Source of the DNA: Aplysia californica
Taxonomy: Eukaryota
Length of the DNA: 52,404 nt
Assembly (NCBI RefSeq): GCF_000002075.1
Contig: NW_004799038.1
Location: forward strand, 14,277-66,680
Direction of reading: 5' to 3'
The translations under genes and the position numbers were made by a program. Shown here one piece after another: positions 38,270 to 49,149 of this stretch. Positions within the stretch are counted from its first letter, which is position 1. Every line of letters starts with the position of its first letter. The notes under the pieces were generated by a model. The model was not told the DNA's origin, made no database searches, and was given only the letters and a program-made list of their open reading frames with translations.

Positions 38270-38696
38270 NNNNNNNNNNNNNNNNNNNNNNNNNNNNNNN
38301 NNNNNNNNNNNNNNNNNNNNNNNNNNNNNNNNNNNNNNNNNNNNNNNNNNNNNNNNNNNNNNNNNNNNNTCTCTGATTCTTAGCATAAATTTACAAATCC
38401 AACAACTCAAGTCTTATTAAACATATTTGAATAAAAATTTATAGATTTAATAGATATTATTATAACAATTTTTAACACGTTCTTGTTCTACAATTGTAGT
38501 GTTGTAATTGTCATCTTCAACAAAAATAGCTGTCATAATGGTAAAGTAGATTGCAGGAACACAAAGACAGAACGATGTAAAATGATCATTCTTTATGTCT
38601 TGGAGAGAGCTTCGGTTTCCTTTGTACTGAGTGTATAAATCAAGGTCTGTGCCTGAAATAGGGGAGGAGCCTAGCGCTAAAGTAACTGTGGTGTCG

Positions 38697-41201
38697 ATGT
38701 CCCACACGTCTCTCCCACCCAGAATGTCGATTTCACATTTGTTGGGAAACAACTCAACTTACTCTCTCAACGAGAGCGTGAACTTGCCAATAACCATGCC
38801 ATCACCTGGGGTACAATATGCACAAATCGTAAGCGATGAACAGTGGTACATTATCCAAGTGGTCATCGTTGTGGTCATCTTTGGTCTCTTCAGTCTGTTC
38901 GGCGTGGTCTCCAACATCATCAACATTGTGGTGTTTGCTAAGCAAGGCTTTCAGGACAGCATGAACATCAGCCTCATGGGTGAGATGGCAATTATTACGT
39001 CTACATTTACTTACAGCTATTGTGTCTTTACAGCAGTTTTGGATTAGAACATAACCCATGTAAGTGATTGGAAATGATATACATCGGATAAAATATATTA
39101 CACAGCACATATGTGAGGCAGCGGGGTGGAATCAGGCTCTCGTCAATATTTGGGCATGTAAAATTATTGGTATCATCTTAAAGCTTGTTAACTTGTCTTT
39201 ATTAGGAAGAAAAAATATATATTTATCTAGAATACAAGTCGAGATATTTGCAAAAGAAGGAGATGGGGGTCACTTGTTTTCAGAGGTAAAATAATTGAGA
39301 AAATGGCCGCCAAAAATTAGTTATTTCCTTAGCTTAAGATTCCGTGGTCGGTTACTGAAAATTTACATTCTTTGTGCCTTTAATAAACATTTTTCAGAAA
39401 AATCCACACAGAAAGGAGTTCTTTAATGGACATGAAAGGTGTTGAGCCAAAAAACAAATAAACACATTTTTCTAAAAATTCACAAACCAGCATAAAAATA
39501 CGAGTTTCTTCACTTTGATTATTTTGACGAGAGCCTGATTCCACCACGCTGCCTCACATATACATACTGTCGTAAAGCTGCTCTCCTGTTGTGAGCTCAG
39601 AAATCATTTTCTGTTTATTCAGAGGAAATGGAAAAATGGTGCCCTTTAAAAAAAATTGTCCCCTTATTGCGTTTGCTTTTTTGCTTTTTCAATTTGAATT
39701 TCAACAAAGTATTGCTCAAGTACATGCAACAGATACCACAGAATAAGAAACTGCAATAAAATTAGATTCAAAATTGTTGGGCTTGGTAATCTGAATCACT
39801 GCCCGATGATACCTTTCTCTCTCATGTAGCCAACACAAGTGAATACTAAACTGTTTTGTTGCCTCAAGCGGACAATGACAAAGTGTGAAACTGCAAGCCT
39901 TCTGGCAAATTCTCGGGGTTCAACTCCTTCTTGCAGCCATGCCATAGCCTTGGCACGACCAAAGTCTCTCGTCTTGGTGGCATGTTGATGCGATACTGGA
40001 TTTTGTGCAAACGGCCTCTTATATTGCCACTAAAGTGAGCACAGTTCGAAACGGTACGTCTGTTTAGGACGTGCACCAGAATTTTGTAACAAAGGGATGT
40101 CGGTGGTGTTGCACACAAGTCGATAAAAAACAGCAAATTTGGCTAAAATTCCCCGATAATTTTCGAGCCGCACTTGGTGGTTTTGACCGTTTAGGAAGCT
40201 TTGCAGTACGCATTGGTAACCTATTAACACTTTCAGATCAAAAAAGTTTCAAACATTCTTTGCTGTCATTTTTTTTGGATTAAAAAAAAATCAGAGCTGT
40301 CTGTCAAGGTGGCCCTTGACCTATGTTGAAGTCTGTATGTGTAGCATTTTCCTACCCCGTAAACTGTTTTATCATTTCAGGGCTCGCTGTGGCTGACCTT
40401 TGCTCCCTGGTGACCATGCTATGGATAAGCATCTGTATGAACCCTCTCTTCTACTTTTCTGAGCTGCCTTTTCATCTCGGGGATATCATGCACCTCACAG
40501 GATCTGCGCCACACGTGCTCTCTGTGAAAATCAGCTCTTTTATCACCGCCTTCATCACCTTCGAAAGGTGTCTGTGTATCGTTGTCCCTCTGAAGGTGAA
40601 GACGATCATCACACCGGGGAGGACAAAGATAATCATTATCTCCATCTACCTCATTGTATCCAGTATGGGCATCCCCTTCTGCCTTGGCCACAGATTTGAG
40701 TGGGTTTTCGATTTCACCAGGAATGCCACTATACTAAGATCTACCTACACGGCTGACAGAGAAATGCTAGAAGCCATTACGTTTCTCGCCCAAGGCGTAT
40801 TTGCTACGACATTTTCCTTCGTCTTCGTCATCTGCTGCACCATAGTTCTTGTCGTCAAACTCAACAGTAAAACAAAATGGCGACAGGCCACTGTAGCCAA
40901 GTCTGATCGTGCAGCCCAAGGAGTTGGGGTCAAAGACCGAAAAGTTGTGAAAATGGTGACCTTGATCGCTGTCATTTTCATCGTCTGCGCCGTACCTCCC
41001 ACGCTCCTGCTTTTGTATATGGCGATCGACCCAAGTTTCCGTTTTAATAGCGTCTATCGAAACTTCTATCGTGTCCTTTGGACTTTACCATATCTAACAG
41101 AAACTGTCAACTCCAGTGTGAATATATTTGTGTATTTGAAAATGAGTTCGAAATATCGAGCTGTGTTTATGAAAACTTTTTGGAACAAGGAGGAAAAATA
41201 A
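38697..41201 (+). CDS. Receptor copy E: two-exon 7TM GPCR; exons 38697-38979 and 40381-41201, 367 aa
   Basis: Gap-free 1401-bp GT-AG intron (38980-40380), in-frame phase-1 junction and the same motifs as copy A. Confidence 0.92.
39112..39558. mobile_element. Same MITE family inserted in the intron of copy E (opposite orientation)
   Basis: 35-bp TIRs and TA/ATAT duplication. The empty site cacagcacatttacatt is present in the introns of A, B and D. Confidence 0.9.
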
Positions 41202-41357
41202 CTTTTCAGCTGCAGAGAAGAAGAATTTTTTCTACTTGAAAAAGAACGAAGAAATATCAATCCTATAAAATAAGATAAAATAAACTGTATTACGTTTATT
41301 GTCCAGATGCTGGCGCATTGATTATGGTGTTTCACGAAAAAACCAAAGCCCCACACA

Positions 41358-41429
<72 letters not shown>

Positions 41430-41495
41430 CGCAAGAGCGCACCTATACACACATACTCACTCACACATCCTCTCTTCCAAGTACATTACACTTAC

Positions 41496-42261
41496 CAGTG
41501 GCGGTGAGTAGTGAACGGCTCCCGGGCTTGAGCCCCCCCCCCCCCAACACCCCCATTCTATCTCAAAGTCATGGGAGTTTTTTTAAACTAAGGAAATAAG
41601 TCGTTAAAACCGTTATGATAATATGCAATGAACGTAGAGTGGTCAACTTGGCGACTTGTTCGCTTATCCAATCACTGTTGTCCCCCGCTTACAACTATAG
41701 TAACCTAACAGCCAATCAAATGTCTTTAGGGCTCTGCCCAGGATGAGCCCATTCCCACGCCACTTTTGTAATGAAACTCTCCTTATAGAAAGTAAAAGAC
41801 AGGAAAAAATAAAACTCTACTGAAGGCTCACGCTCTCCTAGCCCTGACAATGGGATGAAAGTTTACGACACACTTTCCTCCAGTGACACAGATACCTACG
41901 CTCTCAATGGACCTTTGTTAGGTATGTCCTACTTTCTGCGACTACACGGCCTAATCCAGCTCATAGACAGAATATGTTTGAAGTGCTGTGTGTGCATGGC
42001 TGTGCTTGTGCGCTGAGATTTAACAGTTACAAATCACGTCGATTCCACTTTTATGCCAGCTTTTTCATTCAGAAAAATCTAACTTAAAACAAAGAGATGG
42101 AAGACAAAGGTGACCCTTCTCGTTTGGATGGTTCTTAGAATGCCGTGGCTCACGTGATTATAGAGAAATCAGCACTAGTTAGGTCTTATTGTATGTTATT
42201 TGGTGGAAAGGACTGGATTTGCTGAAGCCCCACCCAAACTTTGGTTCACCCACCGCCACAG
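41496..42261. mobile_element. Non-autonomous hAT element downstream of copy E
   Basis: Perfect 8-bp TSD ACACTTAC. Confidence 0.85.
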
Positions 42262-42307
42262 ACACTTACACAATGGGGAGGGGGGGGGTTCTTGTGGTCG
42301 AGAGGTT

Positions 42308-42340
<33 letters not shown>

Positions 42341-45300
42341 GAATGTCTTACCTGGCGGTTGTTTCAGTACCTGATACATATATGTACTAATGTCCTGTCT
42401 TGTTGTGTGCATGCGTGAGTGTACCTAGCCTTTGTAACGTCTACTGCCATTGTAAACGACCAGGACAAGTTTCTCCCTGCAAGATGAATAAAGATTGTCA
42501 CTGTCATTGTCATTGTCATTGTCATTGTCATTAAATTGATATTATCTTCTGCACTAGGATGCGGATTGAAACAAGTAACAAGACTTTCACTACTACTGCT
42601 CCCATGACAAGAGTGTATACCCCCCCTCTCCCCCATATGCCATATTGTTGAGATAGTTCGTTTTGATCTGACTCTGATAAATGAGTTTCCTATATACCTA
42701 TTTAATCTAGCTTTTCAGATCGGAAATTTTTGAAAATTGCTGAACGTTTCTTGTGATTTTAAAATCCCTGTGCATTTAGTTTTCCTATTTTGAGTGGTTC
42801 CTCCTTGGCTTCCTCTGCTGTCTTTCAGCCACACCGATAATATTACGGTAGGTAAGATCTACACCTAGCCTTCTCGGATAAGGGCGAAAAATCTCGGAAG
42901 TGCCGTGTGCAAGTTGAGGACGTTAGAGATCCCTTAGTGGTCCAAAATCGATAAGCGTAAGCTTCGGCCGCCATCCGGACAAAATTCAAAATGATCTATC
43001 AACTAAAAATGTTTGAATGTGTTCTGCTCCCTTATATGACCTAATATAGTTGCAAGTGCCGTAAAACACTTTAAAAAAATTTAGTTCTAACTCGAATTAC
43101 CTGCCATGTCGTTGTTCGTTTTCGAAATCCGATTGTACAAGCATTGTCGTCATCCTGGTCCGTCCATCCTCAATGCTTCGAGCGCCGAGATGTTGGCGCC
43201 TTATCCTTGGGACTCTGAGGCTCTGCCATCTTCCTAATGCTGGACTGCTGTGGTTGCCCTGAGGAAAGAAGTTCTGGGAGCGTGGACTGTATTACCTGGC
43301 TACCACGATAACCCTTACTGTCTTCGGTGAAACTAGAAATTATCTGCCTCTGCCGACCTTTTCAATGTTTTTTTCCCCTCCTCCCCTTCTCCACTGTTTA
43401 AAACTTACTGTTTGAATTTCGATCAGAGTCAGATGGGTGTTCTAAATCCGATGGGCTCACCTCTGACCTGTTGGAGTTACGTTCACATACACGGGTACAG
43501 TGTCCACTCAAAGACTCGGTATCATGGTCAGGGATGCTGGGTGGTCGTTGTTGTTGTTGTTGTTGTTGTTAGCGATCCAGTAGCATCTGAGCGTTAACTC
43601 TTCTGCATGATGCCATTCGGTAATAGTTGCATGTTTGTTCTAATTGTTGTCTTGAGGAGGAGTGGCAATTAGATGAGTGGGGTAGCTTGGGAAGAAAACA
43701 TCCCCTTAAATCAGTTGGTTTTCTACAGAAGAACAGATGATGTTCCACTGTCTCTGAGGGGTAGTCACATAGTGGGCAGGCAGCAGACTGCTTTACTCCA
43801 TACATGTATTAAGCATGCACTTATCGGAGAGCCCTATGACTGCGGAGAAGGTGCAGAGACCAATTGCGTCTTGCTTGTTGACAACATTTACCCTCTGGGA
43901 TCTGCCATGCCTTCCCCTGCCCCCATCTCTCGGATGAGTGGACTTGGTTGCTCTGGTAGGAGGGGGGGGGGGAATCTAGCTTCCAATTGGTATTATTATT
44001 ACTATTAGTATTATTATTATTATTATATTATAATTTTTGTATTTCAGCAACACACAGCAACTATGCTCTTAATAGTGTCTTTCTCTTCTTTATCTCCTCA
44101 AACAACTTCTCAATATAATACAACAGACACCAACATACCCATTCATTTTTCTTACAATCTCTCTCTGATGGAGTTGGGTTTTTGTTTGTGGAATTGCACC
44201 TACAGCCACTGCTTTATCTCCTACCCCGGGATGGAAGGAAAATCACAGAACCACCAGTTCTAGATGCTATTCACAAATGCTGGGTGGTCCTAACTGACGT
44301 CACGGGAGGTGACCTCCTCATGGCAAGAGCCCGCATCCGTCGCCACTGACTCCTCGACAGACCTACAGACTATCTGGCACTGAGGATCCCCTCTGCCATG
44401 TCCTTCTTTGCCCCACTCAAAACAGGCAAGGACCAGCTTAGACTGCTCTCTGAAGTACAGCTTGGCCATAAATGAGCAAACTTGCAGCCTGTTAGAAAGA
44501 TGGGGAGACGGCAGACCTATCCATGCAAATCTGCACCCTGTCACTCACTGGTCAGTGTACCCTCCTTGTCCCGGGCTCCCCCCCCCCCCCCACAGAAGTT
44601 GTGACCGGAACTTGACACCAGCCTTGCGAGGGGACCTTCTAGGTTGCGCTGGTCACGGAGACCTGGAGACCATCATTGGTGAGGCAAGTCGTTGGCACCT
44701 CATTGCCCTGGTTGTCCCTGACGACAAGAGGCTTCTGGGATTTTCAAAGAAACTACGGGGTGGGGGGTGGGGGGGGGGGGGCTCATGTTGATCTAGAGGA
44801 TAAGGGTGTTTTGCCTCTCATTCTATAGCTGCCGGGTTCGAATCCGGATAGNNNNNNNNNNNNNNNNNNNNNNNNNNNNNNNNNNNNNNNNNNNNNNNNN
44901 NNNNNNNNNNNNNNNNNNNNNNNNNNNNNNNNNNNNNNNNNNNNNNNNNNNTGCAGCCATGCCATAGCCTTGGCACGACCAAAGTCTCTCGTCTTGGTGG
45001 CATGTTAATGCGATACTGGATTTTGTGCAAACGGCCTCTTATATTGCCACTAAAGTGAGGACAGTTCGAAACGGTACGTCTGTTTAGGACGTGCACCAGA
45101 ATTTTGTAACAAAGGAATGTCGGTGGTGTTGCACACAAGTCGATAAAAAAACAGCAAATTTGGCTAAAATTCCCCGATAATTTTCGAGCTGCACTTGGTG
45201 GTTTTGCCCCCTTAGGAAGCTTTGCAGTACGCATTGGTAACGCATTAACACTTTCAGAGCAAAAAAAATTTCAAACATTCCTTGATGTCTTTTTTTCGGA

Positions 45301-45403
45301 TTTAAAAATAAAATCAAAGCTGTCTGTCAAGGTGGTCCTTGACCTATGTTGAAGTCTGTATGTGTAGCATTTTCCTACCCCGTAAACTGTTTTATCATTT
45401 CAG

Positions 45404-46224
45404 GGCTCGCTGTGGCTGACCTTTGCTCCCTGGTGACCATGCTATGGATAAGCATCTGTATGAACCCTCTCCTCTACTTTTCTGAGTTGCCTTTTCATCT
45501 CGGGGATATCATGCATCTCACGGGATCTACGCCACATGTACTCTCTGTGAAAATCAGCTCTTTTATCACCGCCTTCATCACCTTCGAAAGGTGTCTGTGT
45601 ATCGTTGTCCCTCTGAAGGTGAAGACAATCATCACACCGGGAAGGACAAAGATAATCATTATCTCCATCTACCTTAGTGTGTTCATTTTGCTTATCCCCT
45701 TCTACCTTGGCCACAGGTTTGAGTGGGTTTTCGATTTCACCAGGAATGCCACTATACTAAGATCTACCTACACGGCTGACAGAGAAATGCTAGAAGCCAT
45801 TACGTTTCTCGCCCTAGGAGTATTTGCTACGACATTTTCCTTCATCTTCGTCATCTGCTGTACCATCATTCTTGTCGTCAAACTCAACAGTAAAACAAAA
45901 TGGCGGCAGGCCACTGTAGCCAAGTCTGATCGTGCAGCGGAAGGTGTTGGGGTCAAAGACCGAAAAGTTGTGAAAATGGTGACCTTCATCGCTGTCATTT
46001 TCATCGTCTGCGCCGTACCTCCGACACTCCTGTTTTTCTATATGGCGATTGACCCAAGTTTCCGTTTTAATAGCGTCTATCGAAACTTCTATCGTGTCCT
46101 TTGGACTATACCATATCTAACAGAAACTATCAACTCCAGCGTGAATATATTTGTGTATTTGAAAATGAGTTCAAAATACCATGCAGTGTTTATGAAAATA
46201 TTCTTGAAAAAGGAGGTAAAATAA
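45404..46224 (+). CDS. Receptor copy F, exon 2 only; last copy of the array; exon 1 not assembled
   Basis: Open 821-bp exon after an E-type intron end, with a divergent C-terminus (KIFLKKEVK) and a different 3' flank. A 100-N gap lies at 44852-44951. Confidence 0.85.
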
Positions 46225-46364
46225 ATAACTTTTCACCTAACGAGGAAAATGTTGCCTTTTCGATAATGAACGAAGAAATAGCAATACTTTTAAGACAAGA
46301 TAAAATAATGCTGGCACCTTGGTATAGTGATTCACCACACACACATATACACATACACACACAA

Positions 46365-46420
<56 letters not shown>

Positions 46421-46789
46421 GCGCGCTGCACACTCAAACACACTCATAAACAAACGTGCGCCTCTCATCCACGTACTTGTAAACACATAATCTCTCACAA
46501 ATCGTCTCTTCCATGAACATGTACACACATACTAATTTCTAACAAGCGTCTCATGAACATTTTGTAGAATATCAGAATACGTCAGAGGGCGCAGAGCTGA
46601 ACATGCGGTATCAGATAATCACCTAATCAATGAATGGGAGATTTAAACTAAAATCTATAAGAAAAAACGGCAACAGGTGACCAGCAAGCAAAAACCAATA
46701 ACAACAACAAGAAACAAATACAAAGCAACAAAAAACAACGACAACCGAACAAACTAGGACAAACTCCTACCGACTGAAGGACAAGACCA

Positions 46790-48650
46790 TCAACGAAGAG
46801 TTTACTTTAGCTTTGAAAAACAGATTTCATGTGTTGTCAGAATTGCTGGCAAAAGAGGAGATTAAATCTAGAGGACCACTGAGGAACCGCCAGAGACATT
46901 GACAACACCACATGCAGGGGAGAGTTGGGGCTAAATGAACACTAACATAAAGAAGGGATTTTAAAAGAGTCACTAGATAAAATATAAAAGTCAGGACAAC
47001 AAAGAGAGAAAAAACCCCCTGAAAGTATGTAAGACGAGAGTCTCTAAAGCATTCGCTTAGGGGAGGGAAATAATAGACTCGAACAAGCAGGGAAGTAAAG
47101 AAGAGACTGAGAGGGGGCAAACGTACGTTGACAGAGGTTCTAGCTGAGACATACCAGGAATCAGTGTGCTATATGAGCACCTGAGACAGCACACGGATCA
47201 GTGTGTTACATGATAACTTGAGACAGCACAGAGATCAGTGTGTTACATGATAACTTGAGACAGCACAGGGATCAGTGTGTTACATGATAACTTGAGACAA
47301 ACAGGGATCAGTGTGTTACATGATAACTTGAGACAGACCAGGTAGCAGAGTGTTACACAACAGAATGTGTAGATGAGAGAACACAGAGATTAGTGTGTTA
47401 CATGATAACTTGAGAGAGCACAGAGATCAGTGTGTTACATGATACCTTGAGACAAACAGGGATCAGTGTGTTACATGATAACTTGAGACAGACCAGGTAG
47501 CAGAGTGTTACACAACAGAATGTGTAGCTGAGAGAACACAGAGATCAGTGTGTTACATGATAACTTGAGAGAGCACAGAGATCAGTGTGTTACATGATAA
47601 CTTGAGACAACACAGGGATCAGTGTGTTACATGATAACTTGAAACAGCACATGGATCAGTGTGTTACATGATAACACGAGACAGCTCAGTGGTTACACAT
47701 CAGAAGGTGTAGCTGAGACAACACAGGGATCAGTGTGTTACATGATAACTTGAGACAACACAGGGATCAGTGTGTTACATGATAACTTGAAACAACACAG
47801 GGATCAGTGTGTTACATGATAACTTGAAACAACACAGGGATCAGTGTGTTACATGATAACTTGAGACAGCACAGGGATCACTGTGTTACACAACAGAATG
47901 TCTATCTAGCTGAGACAGATCAGGAGTTAGTGTGTTACATGAAAATCTAAGACAACACAGGGATCAGTGTGTTGCATAACAGAAGGTCTATCTAGCCGAG
48001 ACTGGCCAAGAGTCGATGTGTTACATGATGACATAAGAAAGACCAGGAATCAGTGTGTTACATAACGGCATAGACAGTCTATGAAACAATCACGACACTC
48101 TGTGGGAAGTGTACCAAATCAGAAACACCATAATATGAAGACCAGGATGGAAAAAGATTTATATGACAAGATGCACCCATCACAAACATGGGCCCGGCAT
48201 TTTCAGAACTTTTAAACAGACCATCCCCAGAAAACACACCAGGTATTTCTCTATCAGTTGCAGACATGGACATCTTTAGTGACCCACCAACCCCCCCCAC
48301 CCCAAGAAACAAAAAAACAAACAAACAAACAACCAAAAAAAATCACAAAAACCCCAGACACTTTCTCATTTCCAAAGCGAAACAATGATGGGACATGACA
48401 ACATCACTGCAAAAACACTAAAAACAGATAAAAAGGACAACACACGACATGTTCCGCCCTCTTTTTGAAAAGATTTGAGATATGGAAGAATTCCCCGAAG
48501 ACTGCACCTCCATAAATTCAACAGGAAAAGGGGAGCCCAGAAACTGTATAAGCTACAGAGAAATAAATACATGACCAATAGCAGGTAAATAACTCAACAG
48601 AATTATTAAGGAACGCATGAACAAGCTCATCATAGACCCACATCTAAGAC
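46790..48650 (+). mobile_element. Degraded RTE-like LINE ORF2 (tether to RT start) interrupted by a minisatellite
   Basis: Remnant peptides FTLALKNRFHVL, EVKKRLR, TVYETITTLCGK, ELLNRPSP and NRIIKERMN. Confidence 0.65.
47150..48065. repeat. 37-bp minisatellite (GATCAGTGTGTTACATGATAACTTGAGACAGCACAGR) with a 155-bp higher-order duplication
   Basis: 37-bp period (47196, 47233, ...). A longer variant unit recurs at 47336 and 47491. The edges are degenerate. Confidence 0.92.
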
Positions 48651-49149
48651 TGCAGGTAAACCAACAATGCGAGTTTGTGCACTGGAAAAGTGCACACGAG
48701 CCGCGCAAAGCGTAGATTTTGTGTTTTCTCTAAAATATTGCTGACATTTTTATAAATAGACAACTGTTATTCAAATACTATTTATTGTGTTCAGTGTTCC
48801 TTCCTCTTTTGAAATGTTTTTATTTCTTTTACACTGAGGGCTATTATTTAACAATCCTTTGGGGAAAAGGACAACAGGGTACTCAGGCTGATCGTCTCGC
48901 TCGGCTCGTTTGGTAACGAAGATTTTCGGAGGGTAAGTTTATTCAAACGAAAACCCGTCGACCAGAAGACTAGTAAATGATCGTATTTTTTAAAACATGA
49001 TATGATGGTTGGTCATCCTGTTTATTTTGATACTGATAGCAGGAGAAATGATATTGTGACAAAAACCTCTTAGAAAAACAAAGTGAAAATCTTAAACACC
49101 GAAATGGTTATTTTGACTAGGTCCCAGATTTTGAGAGGTCTGTGCTGGA

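Noticed and set aside
27357-46224. Calling orphan exons C, D and F pseudogenes
   Set aside because: Frames and splice sites are intact, and each missing partner coincides with a 100-N gap of probably unknown size.
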